This document shows positions 25,959 to 37,945 of a stretch of 64,000 bases of DNA, piece after piece. How positions within the stretch are numbered: position 1 is the first letter of the stretch; every line of letters begins with the position of its first letter. The notes beneath the pieces were generated by a model. It saw only the letters and a list, made by a program, of their open reading frames with translations, did no database searches and was not told the origin of the DNA. A program made the position numbers and the translations under genes. Source of the DNA: Basidiobolus ranarum (Eukaryota); the NCBI GenBank assembly GCA_040143965.1, contig JASJQH010006878.1, positions 1-64,000 on the forward strand. Direction: 5' to 3'.

Positions 25959-27825
25959 TTAAATATTCACATCGAGTCTTGAAAGATACTCGGCAACATA
26001 CTCCGACGCGTTCATATATTGCTCACCTTCGTATTTTTTGTATATACCAATGTGCTGCGCTGGTGTTTTAAGGCATTTGAGTAACTCACGGACACATGGC
26101 AACAATGCCGACTCCTCTAAGCCAGAGTAGTGCTGATGAGAAGAGGTCTGTGTAAAGAGAAGGTGAATTAATTTCAAGAAAATGGACCAAGAACTATTCT
26201 GGAACTTACCCAGGTGACTTTCCCCAGCATTCTCATGGCCAGGTAGTAACCGGCGGCAGCGATTAAAGAAGAGGAATACTTGATGAAGGATTCGTACATG
26301 ATTGTCACTTCAATTAGGTATTTGGCCAGTGTCCGAGTGTTCGGATCGTAGTGGTCTGCTTTGGAGATTCTTCTCAAGAAACTGAGTGGTCCGGGAAAGC
26401 CAAGTTCGTAATTTAACAAGTTAATCATGAATTTCTCGGCATTCTTCAACTCTTCACAAGTGTAAGTTCCAGACACCATATAAATCATTTCATTGATGGT
26501 TGGTGCGGCGATTTCCTCATACTTGGCCGCGATAAACAACGCGGTTGTGCCAACTAGTTGGAACTTCTCGATCGATACTTCCTTTAAAGAAAGAAATCTA
26601 TCAATGTAGTTCACACTAAGAAACAGTGTCTCCTGGAGCATTCTGAAGCGCTCATGAACTTGAACCAGCCAGTCCAATAGGATGCCTCGCATGTGCCACT
26701 GAAGCTCTGATTGGAAGCTCATGTAATCCGGGTTGGGCTTTAGCTTTTGCTATAAAATAATGATAAAAAGGTATTAGTGCTAAGCACCAATCAATCAAGA
26801 GTGAATACCAAGTAAATTTACTTCAAGTTCCCTCCAATAATCAAATATGTCATCAGCATAATCCGAGACCATGGATATATCATGCCTATCCATTTCCTCA
26901 ACAAGATGTAACCTTTGGCTCAACTCAGTCTCTTCGCCAACTGTGTTTCTTTCTTCGGAATGTGATGAATTAGTCTCCGACTCCATATCAATAAACTCAT
27001 CAAACTCGATGGCTGGCCGACCATCTTCTGCATTATTGCTACGCGGAGTGCTCGTCTCCGAAGTGCCAAATTCTTCTGACGATGGGCCCTCTCTACGGGA
27101 CGGAAAATTCTCCACAGTAGGACTTGAAAAACTATCTTCTAGATCGTTATCAAGTGAGTCATTGCTGCTTATAATAATGGGCTCTTCCGGAGCCATCAGG
27201 ATCGAATCCTCATTAGTTGGTATGGTTGAGACGATATCATTTGCAGGTACTGGAGGAGAATCATCTTCTGTATTGTTACGAGATCCATTATTAGCTTCGG
27301 TCACGTCAAGCTCCTCTGAGGTTATTGAAGGTGGATCCTCGTGGTCAGAAAGAAACGAAAAGCGGTCTTTTACAATATCTTCTTCCTCAGCTAACGAAGA
27401 TACTTCTGTGGAGACTCCAGTCTCCTCGGATAGCGGAGGATCCCTTCCCACCTCCTCAGTAAGAACAGAGGAACATGATATTTGATTTTCAGATGTTACT
27501 GTAGATTTATGTGGGTTCTTAGCTAGCTTTGAAATTATCCCAATTATTTAGGTAAGACAAGTGAGAGAAAAATAACACTTGGTTTTTTGCTTAACTACCT
27601 TTACGTTGCTAATATCCCCAAGGATTTGTCTGGAACTGGAACTAGTATCATTGGTGGTCCTTTTAGAAGCTGTACTTCCTGAAGACATCGTTCTTGTAGA
27701 AGAAATAACGCTTTCTTCCGGTACAAAAGCTCTGTTAGTCAAGACCTAAATGAAAAGTAAAAGTTGGATAATGTTTACGAGGCCACCAAAGGAGGAAAGA
27801 GAATACATACTTGAACCGAATCCAT
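25959..27825 (-). CDS. B-type cyclin (Clb3-like)
   Basis: D-box-like RQILGDISN, cyclin box MRGILLDWLVQVH..ETLFL..DRFLS..FQLVG..AAKYEE, and GPLSFLRRISKAD. Confidence 0.93.
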
Positions 27826-28755
27826 AACAAAAGCTAGCTTTTAGTTAGTTAATTCGGGGTTTAAACGGAGAAGAAAAACACCTTTCTGGAGGTGAGTTGC
27901 GACTCTATCAAGCTGCGATTAAGGAGTAAAATTTATCAAAGGAACAAGGTAAATGAATGTATGTAAAATTTAACAAGTATGAGAAATTGTTGGTTGAAGG
28001 AATGTATGGCCAGATAATGGCCTCAACTTGGCGAGAGTATCCAAATGAGCAAGAAACTCGTAGAAATAGTCAGGCCTAACCCCCTCCCCTGCTCATGACG
28101 ACTGGTCAGTTGTTTTGATTGCTTTACCTAATCCTCTTGGTTTGTTTTCTGATCAAAATTCATTGGATTTTGATCTATGACCGGCTTTCATTTAAATTTA
28201 AACCAAATGAGGAGATTAGTGTTGGGTTGTTTGATTTAAAACTACTGTTGCTTTTTTTTATCAATACAACCCGTTTCCGAGTATTTTTATACACATGACG
28301 TCGTTTCGAGGGACTAGGTAGAAGGCATAATATTCTATTGTGGTTCATCACGTGATATAGATCTCTGTATACTCCAAATATACCACTCACTGTTACAGAA
28401 CTTATCGTGACTCCATAATTGGTGAGAGAGATCATTATGGCGATGGATCACATTACATAAGCCTATCACTTTGGTACATTGGGCTCCATGACTAAGCCAA
28501 AACAAAGGACTTCCCGAAGTTTCAGTATTTATTTTAAACTTAATATTTGGAAGAGATTGCCGAAGCTTGCATCATGCAATTGCCGATTACTGGAGTTGAC
28601 GTACATTTAACTTGTGACTGTTGTCGATGAGAATACTCCGTTCGTATCACCCTTGGGATTAAGTCTACTTTGTTCAATTACCGTGCATTGGAGAGAACTC
28701 TCCCCATTTGAAACGCAAATCTTGGAGGTCTACGAGCAAGTAGTCTACAATCAGT

Positions 28756-29723
28756 TCATTTGGCTACTATGGATTTCAAGATTTCAGCTTCAGCTGGCAA
28801 TGATCTAGTAATATGCTAAGTAGTATTATATACGACCGAAGACAATGGGATTTAAGTACCTTCTGTAGCTAAAACACTGAAAGATCAACTCCTCGCTCTG
28901 ACAATCTGAGATAGGAATGGTCAAATTATTTCTTTGCAAGACACCTACCATTCTGTGTGGTGGATCGGATGATTGAGACAAGGATAGAGTGATTTTTCGA
29001 TCCATTTCCCAGAGATAGCAATGTAAAGAGGGATGTGGTCGGTTCTTGACACCAGGCTTTGGTAAAGTATTACAGATATCAAATTCCCTTAGGCGAGGAT
29101 TTATATGTCGGTCTCCAGTTAGGGAATAAACCATAGCTAGTAATAATAAATGTTAATCATGCCAAGGCATTATTTCCATCAAAAAATTAAATCATTCCAA
29201 CCATAAAGCTCAATAAGTATTGGTTTGGATGTTGAGATAGTTTCGGGGATTCCAGACTTCAGTAGTTCTTCCAACGAATGGCAGGTCAGCATTCGGTATG
29301 GTCTTAACACCTTCAGACTCAATGGGGTTTGTAATTTTAACAACTGCTTTAGAAATTTGAGATTCCAGTTAGTCGCTACAATAAAGAATATTCGCCAGTG
29401 TGAATTTTGGAACCTGATTTGATGACGAAGATGGGGTATTCACAATGGCGTCTGTTCGTGTTGTTGGTAGTTGCGCTTCCACAGAAAAAAAAAGACCCGT
29501 GTTCATCCCTTTCTCTAGCTGGCAACATGGTCATAAAAAATAACGATCTTTTGCCTTTCCGATAATTGCAAATACCTCTTTTTTAGTCGTATCAATCCCA
29601 CTATTTGCTGGCCCTGCTGATAATAGGTTAAACTCATTTCAGTGGCAGTAACTCAAACCACTTGCCTTGTTTAAGAGTAAATACAGGTTGCACATTGGAA
29701 GTGAAATATCTGGGATTGCTCAT
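28756..29723 (-). CDS. SPATA22-like OB-fold protein (start uncertain), multi-exon
   Basis: The spliced C-terminus ILIELYAMVYS..LHCYLWEMDRKI..HRMVG..IFQCFSYR resembles the SPATA22 OB fold (LFEVLAVLDS..LPCVFYEIDRE..HRCVG..IFQCVSVR). Confidence 0.65.
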
Positions 29724-30272
29724 TAGTATGAATACTACTCGATTAAGTTACAACATTACTGTATTTCCATTATGTATCTGATAATCAAGAGCATTCATTT
29801 GAAACTTTTGTGACCAATGGTATTTTACTATATGCGTTGATCTAATAGAACATGACTACGGTTCATAAACTCATTTGTACTTTTGTAGCATCAAATACGT
29901 TCTAATTCATTCCTCGTTTATCTTCAAATACACAAAGCAGCTAATTGATTCCAACAGTTTTCAAACGGGCTATATTTAAATGGCCAAGAGTATTTTCAAA
30001 TGGCCTAATTATCAGAGAAGAAAATTGCGGATTTCAAGTCACATTTGTGGCGATTTGTGTTATAGATCATATTAGTAATAGATGAGCCCAGCTATTTTGC
30101 AACTTGATCTAGAGGCTTCATTGCGGACTACCCGATAAATTGATCACATACTGGTGTCTTTTTTTTTCTCACACTTTTTTTTCTTTTATTCAAATATACA
30201 TGAGTACTCAATTTCTAATTTTATTAAATAAGCCCACCTTTTACTGTTTCGTTACTTAAGTTCCCTTACATC

Positions 30273-31198
30273 ATGGCAGTTCGTAAGTTACTTTATGAGT
30301 TGTAGGCGCCTTTATTTTGTATTTTGTTCTCACATCTCATCCTACTTCAGGTGCCCAATTTGAGAACAGCAACGAGATCGGCGTATTCTCTCGCCTAACC
30401 AATTCCTACTGCTTGGTTGCTTTAGGAGGTTCTGAAAATTTTTATAGGTTAGCTTAGAAAATACCTACTCTTTTTTGTTAATCCTATTAATTTTTTTTCT
30501 GATTTTGTATAGTGTATTTGAGAGTGAATTGGGTGATGTTGTTCCTGTAGTCCACACTTCCATTGCCGGTACTCGTATCATTGGTCGTCTCACTGCTGGT
30601 AACTCCAAAGGTCTTCTAGTTCCTAACACTACCACTGATCAGGTTTGTACTTGTGCAGATATTTGTTCCTCAAATATGACATTAATCCACATTTTAGGAA
30701 CTTCAACATTTGCGTAACAGTCTTCCCGATAAGGTTGCCATTCAGCGTGTAGAAGAACGTCTTTCTGCTTTAGGCAACGTTATTGCCTGTAATGATTACG
30801 TTGCCCTTGTCCATCCCGATATTGACAGAGAAACAGAAGAAATTATTGCTGATGTCTTGGGAGTTGAAGTTTTCCGTCAAACTGTTGCTGACCAAGTCTT
30901 AGTTGGTAGTTATTGTGCTTTCAGTAATCAAGGTGGTTTAGTCCATCCTAGAACCAGTGTTCAAGATCAAGATGAATTATCATCTCTTCTTCAAGTTCCA
31001 CTTGTTGCCGGAACCATTAACCGTGGTTCCGATGTCATTGGAGCCGGTCTTGTTGTCAACGATTGGTGCGCTTTCGCTGGCCTCGACTCTACTTCTACTG
31101 AGTTATCTGTTGTTGAGAGCATTTTCAAACTTCAAGATTCTCAACCAACTGCTATTGTTAACGAAATGCGCGATTCTTTGATCGATACTTACAGTTAA
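30273..31198 (+). CDS. TIF6: eukaryotic translation initiation factor 6
   Basis: [34 protein letters not shown] and [15 protein letters not shown]. Confidence 0.98.
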
Positions 31199-31740
31199 AC
31201 ATTCAGCATTCAAACTACACATAATATATATAACCTAAATGAAAGCAACAAACAAATATATAAATTTTAGTATAAAATGTACCTAGTTGTTCGTTTCTGT
31301 TAGATTTGTTTTACGTTTCCTTCTAATAAATATCATTTCTGTGAAATCAAAGTTCTACCAAACCTATTTTACTACATATTTTGCATAGTTGCTTAAACAA
31401 TGCAATACTTGCGATACTATAGTTGCATTTACCCCATTCTATTATGCAATATTTCCGTCGATGGAGATAGATGGGGTAAGGGGGTTGGGGAATATCAAAG
31501 TTTAGTGACATCTCTTAGTGGGGAAATATCTAGGGTTAGGGCTCCTTGATGTGTGGAGATCAAGTATATATTATAAGTTTGAAATTGTGAGCTATTCTAA
31601 AAGTTAATAGGAATCTGAGCCCATTTTTGGATTTTTACTAGTACTTGGGTTGAAGATATAATTTTTTCTGGTATTTCCCTTCAAACGGTGGTCATTATCA
31701 ACACTTCGGACTTCAACAGTTACTTTAGTAGTATTAGGAT

Positions 31741-32538
31741 ATGGGTGCCCAACAATCTAGACAGGAACCTCTTGTTTTCTATGGTGAATCAGATGTTGCT
31801 CTTAAAGTAAACTATATATTTTTGAATTACATCCAGTTCCGTGTTCGGATTATGTTAACTTACACCCTATTTTCATAGTTCTCTCACGATTTTGTAAATC
31901 AACTCCAACGTAACAATCAAGTTAGTCACTTTAGTTCTTTTGTTTCTCAGTAAAACTATCCCTTACATTTTATTTGCATATTATAGTCTTCAAGCGTATC
32001 TCATGAACACAAGAGTGAATCCGTCAATCCCGCTGAAATTGACCAAATCGTAGAGAAGCGTGTCTCTCAAGAGTTAAAGAAGATCCGTTCTAGTTTGGCC
32101 GTTGAGCAGGAGAAGAAGCGTCCCAGCACCAAAATCATTGAGCAGGATTTGGAGAAGCTAGCGGAGAAGAACAAAGTGTAAGTCTCTGCCTAGAATGTCA
32201 CTTGCTTAACACCAATATTAATACTCTACATCACTTTAGTAGAAACGAAAAGCCCCTTGCCCCTGAAATTGAAGAGAGACAAAATAATCTGATTTCTTGT
32301 TATAAGTAAGCTAAGCTAAACGTTTGTTCTATTTCACTGAATTTAAATTACTAATACACAATTGGTTTGTTAGGAACAAACAAGGACAACCACTTGATTG
32401 TTGGAAGGAGGTAGAGCTGTTCAAACAAAGTGTTGAGAAAGCTCGCAAGGTACATATCTTATTTCTTAATGTTAATTTAGGACGAAAACTAATTCTTTTA
32501 ACCAACCACTACAGGAGTTCGTAGCTAATCACTTGTAA
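31741..32538 (+). CDS. MIC19: MICOS subunit Mic19 (CHCHD3-like), multi-exon
   Basis: MGAQQS myristoylation motif, a coiled coil, and the Cys pair LISCY..QPLDCWKEVELFKQSV. Confidence 0.82.
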
Positions 32539-33001
32539 TTCTGTCTACACAAAATATCCTCACCTCTTTTGCATATTTTCTCGGCTTCGTTCATTACAGG
32601 GTCATATTCAAACTCAATCCCTTTACATGTCGTATTTGAATGTTCTCTGTCGATTCTTTACATCTATCAACTATTAAAATGATCGAATTTTCCAATCCTA
32701 AGCATATGATCAATGACTATTATTTTCGATACTGGCTTTACACGGTGATGCCTTATTGTGATACAGTATGGCCGATGCTATTTTGTACACAGGCATATGC
32801 TTCAGCCGACTGCCAAGAGTTCATGTTTATTATGATCTTATTTTCGGTGGTTAAAGCATGCGGATTAAGCATTTTGCGATATTTATTAAAATAGAAATTC
32901 AAGTACACAATCACAAATGTTGATTTTCACTATAGAAAATTAATCTACCGATGATTCAAGATTTCTACATAATACCTAGTTCTAGAGTGTGTTAGCTCAG
33001 A

Positions 33002-33594
33002 ATGGATGAGGCTGAAGACTTAAAGCAAGGTATACCATTATCACTTGAATAATCATAAAACGATACTTATTCCCTTAGTATTGAAGCAAGCCTTAGAGAA
33101 ACGCGGCTCTCTTGAACCTATCCGGGCTAAACTTCGCAGTGATATATTGGCTTTGCTAAATGATTCACTTGAGGTTAATTAAATGTTTTCTCTCATATTA
33201 AAATTAAATTCCTTCTCTAAACTGAATTGTAGGAGAAAACAAAGGGTCAAGAAGAACTTACTCCTTTGGTGAATCAGATTTTTATCGAGTATTTGACACA
33301 TCACAATCTAGCTCACACTCTATCAGTTTTTCTAGCGGGTAAAGAGGATATCCAGTTTTGAGTTCAAGACGCTTATTAATATAGATCTATTCAAAATAGA
33401 GACTGGTAGTCGATGTGAAGCTGGAAAAACGGAACAACTTGCACGCGATCTTAATTTAAGCTCCAAAAACAATCGGTAAGGTTTAGTAGAGAACATAAAA
33501 AATTGATAGTTGCTTTCTGAACTTTTACTCCTCAAGGCCGATTATCTACTCTATGGTGGAAAAATGTGGTAACAAGAGCCCAGACGAGATATAA
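33002..33594 (+). CDS. FOP/LisH-domain protein, FOR20/CEP20 (FOPNL)-like, 5 exons
   Basis: Spliced product: MDEAEDLKQVLKQALEKRGSLEPIRAKLRSDILALLND..LVNQIFIEYLTHHNLAHTLSVFLAETG..LARDLNL..PIIYSMVE. Confidence 0.85.
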
Positions 33595-33912
33595 GTCTAA
33601 TATTATACTTAGGGAGGAAGTCAATTAGCTAAACAATCGCGATGGTTGCTCAAAGACTATCACCATACTGCTCTTCACTTATATAATTAAAGCCTATATC
33701 GTCATATGTACATGTTAGGCGTCGCTAACTTTTATTGTTACAATTCCTCATAATGGGTATTGACATCTCCTTAGAAGGCTGATAATATTAAACAGTAATC
33801 TAGAGAAAGTCTAAGCAGAATGTCTACGTATTAAATATAGGAAAGTGTTTGTCTAATATACAATCATGGTGGAGATATTGAAAAGATATTTGGGTTGTTA
33901 AGGCTAGCTTAC

Positions 33913-35832
33913 TCAACGTTTTTTAAGTGATTTTGGTTTATGGTGTACATGGCATTTATGTGCATGGCGAAACCATAAAGCCATATCCTTTTTCTTGGTA
34001 TGGCAAACTGCCACCACATCACGACATTGATGGCACAACCCCTTGATTCCATTTTCGAAAGTACTCATCTGTAATGGGGCTCGATAATAGCGACCAGATG
34101 TGGCAGATATTCCATGGTAAAATTGTACATGATACCTGTAAGAAACCATAAATTTAGTGATCATTATAGCCATGCATGTCTACATATAAAACTTACCAGT
34201 AAGCGCTATTTTTGAGTTGCAACCATTTCCCCGGTTTGCAGTGTTGGCAAAAGCCTTCTTTGGCCTGACCGTTATGTCTAACCCACTGAGGAGTATACAA
34301 ATCTCCCTCAAAGCGTACCTTTTGCCGACGAGGACGTGCATCGGAATTGCCAACATCTGATGGTGCTATGTCAAACAATGGCATGGAGAGGGTTTGATCT
34401 AACGCAGGTCCCCAAGGAATTGGATACCTGTATTCGTCGACACTAGTTCCGAGGTATGTTCCATCCAAAGAATCATTTCCTTTTTCTGCGTAATATTTGT
34501 TTGCTTGGGTATACCGTTGAATCTCAGAGCCATTGGCGGGGTTGTACATGAGATCCATCGACCTAAAACGCTTATTACGAGTGTGAGGGTTGTGGTCGTA
34601 TGATTCAGTGGACTGTGTTTCATTGTTGAGATAATTGTAGGTAACCGAATCACTTTGGGCTCTTTTTCTTCCTGAGTATGAGGCAGATTCATCCAAGATC
34701 GGAGGAGTGTATGTTGTGATGAACCGGCCATCAGCTAGATGCAAACCCTGGGGTGTTTGATTACCCTCCAAGCTGGAGGTAGAATAAGCGTTTTGATAAA
34801 ATGGCATACGTAGTGACATGTGGTTGTACGCCTGAGTTTCTTGCAAATGTGATTCAAAATCCTCAGTGGGATTGGCTATCATATGGTTGTTTGCAAATGA
34901 ATAATCGGTCTCCGAATTAGACCTGTGGTTAAGAAAGTTGTTATTTTCATTACTGACAGAGTATCCGCTAGCGTATGAAGATCTTCTCTTTGCATCGTAG
35001 TGGTGGTTTCTTGCGGGGCCGGGGTACTGGTTGTAAGGACCAGTGTGTGAAACATCAGGCACCAACGGACTACTTGAATTAGTATAATGAACATCCGCAG
35101 CGCCATTGCCTATGCCAGTGTCTGTGTTCCCTTCAACTAGGTTTGAATTGGAAGGTCGAACATCGAACGTTTGATCCAAATTAGTGGCGGTCAATTTACG
35201 CTCGTTATTGTCAGAAATGTGGCTTTCATTGGATCCCAGAAAATTCTCATCAATGACAGGCAAAGCCCCGACTGAACGAATACCAATCGACCATAACCTC
35301 CAAGCATTTGAGATTGCGTCCTCCATTGAGCTTGGTGGGTTTGCATCGACGCTGGAAATCATTGCTGTGGGGGAGGTGCCTCCATGAACTTGCGGATAAT
35401 CTAGGGAGGGGGTTAGTTGGTTTCTATTTATAAGTAAGCGCCTTAATATATATTGATAGGTGTACCTTGTCTTTGATCGTTCTCTGTCATCAATACCGTC
35501 GAACCCTTTCGTCGCTCTTGTGTGTTGGTTTGTACGTCGATTGGAACAGAAGACTGTACAGAATTCCTAACATCAATCGATTGCTGCGGAAAGGCTTGAC
35601 CATTTACCATTCTTGACATAGAAAGGCCGTAGGGAAATGACTCGGCAATGGATGGTACATTGCATGACTCGGTTGGTCTGCTATATACACTTTGGTTGTA
35701 AGCGTGATCAGCGTTGAAATTTTGATACTTGTTGCCAAGAAGGAGACTTTGGTCATAGTGATGAAGATTGTTACTGTCTGGGTCATACATATCTGTTCTA
35801 GATAAGTGGTTTGCGGATTTGTTGAAATCCAT
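33913..35832 (-). CDS. DUF4451 (Rua1/Meu26-like) zinc-binding transcription regulator
   Basis: C-terminal DLYTPQWVR..KEGFCQHCKPGKWLQLKNSAYW-YHVQFYHGISA..GLCHQC..WFRHAHKCH. Confidence 0.85.
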
Positions 35833-36570
35833 GTGATTCTCTCAACGATAGGGGAAGGCTAGGATGAGAGATAGAAGAATCCTTGTATGTATGGCTATCC
35901 ATGGTACTATTTATAAGCAAACCCTTAAAACCGCGGTTTGAGACGATTTATCATATTGGCCCAGTTAACTAGTGATAGGCTTCTCTTTCCTCGAGTTTGA
36001 AAAATTTCCAAGAGACATGTGTTTGGAATATGATTCGCTTCTCTGGATTTACCAGCTCTCATTACTATCATCAAAGATTTGTTGAGCGATCATCGGATCG
36101 TTAACAATCTGCTACATTCAGATATATTCACTCACTCGTCCACTCACCTACCTTTGCTCAAGCCATGCATTATTTGGGTTAGAGTAACCGGGTTTAGGAT
36201 AATACTCCTTAAAGACGTGGAGAAGTAGATTTGTTGAAGCCAATTGGTCCATCTCGCATGACTAACCATTAGAGAGCTTGGTGGCGCTGACATTCTCTTC
36301 CGGAATGAAGATGGGAGCAGTTGAAATAGCACCATTAAGGTGTTGAGCATAACTAGTCTGTAAACAAATCGTTTCGTGATGACATTCTGACCGGAAATGA
36401 GGCGTGGCATCTCTACGCTCTACAAATAGAATTCTGAATATTCGAAAGTATTAACTTTGTGTTAGATATTTGCAAACATTCTCAATCAAAACCAAACCAA
36501 TTGAATATATCTCGTTTTATCGCAGATACTGCTCCGGAATATGTCACTCTCCAATATTGCTCATACTAGT

Positions 36571-36636
36571 CTTTAAACGATGCGGCTTTCCCAAATATCT
36601 GCATTTCATCTTTAAACGATGCAGCTTTTCCAGATA
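36571..36636. repeat. imperfect direct repeat of about 27 bp, 2 copies
   Basis: CTTTAAACGATGC(G/A)GCTTT(C/T)C at 36571 and 36610. Confidence 0.7.
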
Positions 36637-36901
36637 CCCTAAATTTACTTCTACTCTCTTCCATTTCTAGAATTCACGTACATCGCGCGTTACGACCTGA
36701 CACTTTGTTTGATCAGTGCCCAAACACCGTTAACTCCAGGTCAGGTCACATGCCCTTTTGTTATATATACCTCAGTTGAGCTTACCCTAATTGGGCTTGA
36801 GTAGGGTTAGGGCCCAAAGCGCATCATGATTTGTTACTGTGGTACACTCTAGTACCATAGCTACACCAATTATTACAAGTGATTTTCTATTCGCTATTAT
36901 C

Positions 36902-37125
36902 GATTGAAATATGGATTGAAATACACATCTTTTAGACTGAAGTATGGATTGAAATACTCATCTTTTAGACTGAGGTATGGATTGAAATACTCATCTTATA
37001 GATTGGAATACTCAGTCTAGACATTGATTGAAATACACATCTTTTAGACTGAAGTATGGATTAAAGTATGGATTGAAATCCTCATCTTATAGATTGGAAT
37101 ACTCGGTCTAGACATTGATTGAAAT
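36902..37125. repeat. compound minisatellite (33-bp units plus a 60-bp higher-order duplication)
   Basis: TATGGATTGAAATAC(A/T)CATCTTTTAGACTGA(A/G)G starts at 36910, 36943 and (diverging) 36976. Block 36975-37034 recurs at 37066-37125. Confidence 0.9.
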
Positions 37126-37756
37126 GATATCTAATGGATTGGAGTTTGTACAAGCCTTTAGTTTCTAGCTTATAGCATCGAATTGGCCAACATCAACTCG
37201 TTGGTAAGCAATCAACGGTAAGCAACCAACAGGCCTATTATCAGACCATGTGATCATTGCAAATCTTCTGTGCATGCATATTGCTTTTAATACCAACAAT
37301 GATAACAATACCTTGCTTATCACTCCCAGCTTACTAGAACCAGCAACAAAGCCAGAGATTAAATATTAACCGTATTGACTATTCACGTGGCTCGCATGCA
37401 GAACAGATGAAGGGCAACATAGTATCATGTGTTGATGACAAGGAATTCTATTCGATGAAAATGCACTAATTATTCAGAAATCTGGGCAATTTCAATGGTT
37501 GTGGAACAATTGATTTGAGAACACTAAGAACACTGAATTAATCCCAGAGGTGGCTTTTATTGAGCCATCTTTGCAAATATAGCCATAAAATCATTGCGAA
37601 TCCCATTGGCCAGTAATTGACTGTGAATTGCAAAGGTTGTCATCAAAATGTCTACCGATCGTTGTTATCACTTCTCATTGGTTGATTTTCCTATTGCTTT
37701 TCGATCAATGATAGGGGATTTCTGTTGTCTTTGGCCTCTTGGGCAATCAGAAATGC

Positions 37757-37775
37757 TGTGGCGAGCATTGATTGG
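37757..37775 (-). promoter_or_regulatory. ERSE-like element CCAAT-N9-CCACA upstream of calreticulin
   Basis: The + strand reads TGTGG CGAGCATTG ATTGG, about 170 bp before the ATG and upstream of a TATATA. Confidence 0.5.
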
Positions 37776-37945
37776 GTGAGCAATCATAAAGGACAGAGAA
37801 TAGGCAGAGTAAACATCGAGTAGTGTGTAGGAGTATATATACTGTTTACTGAAGTCCATTGAATCTACAGATACCGCTTTTCTTTTCTTATACTCTTGGA
37901 ATATATTTCTTTACTTTTCAATACACTAGTATTTGTCAATTTATT

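Noticed and set aside
26871-27485. 204-aa Ser-rich + strand ORF
   Set aside because: Antisense of the acidic cyclin N-terminal exon.
28678-28758. Possible TGA readthrough or selenocysteine in the SPATA22-like gene
   Set aside because: The frame continues about 25 codons, but no SECIS or redox motif is evident. An ordinary stop is simpler.
36144-36410. 88-aa minus-strand ORF upstream of the Rua1-like gene
   Set aside because: No recognisable motif and no convincing splice path into the downstream gene. It may be a UTR exon.
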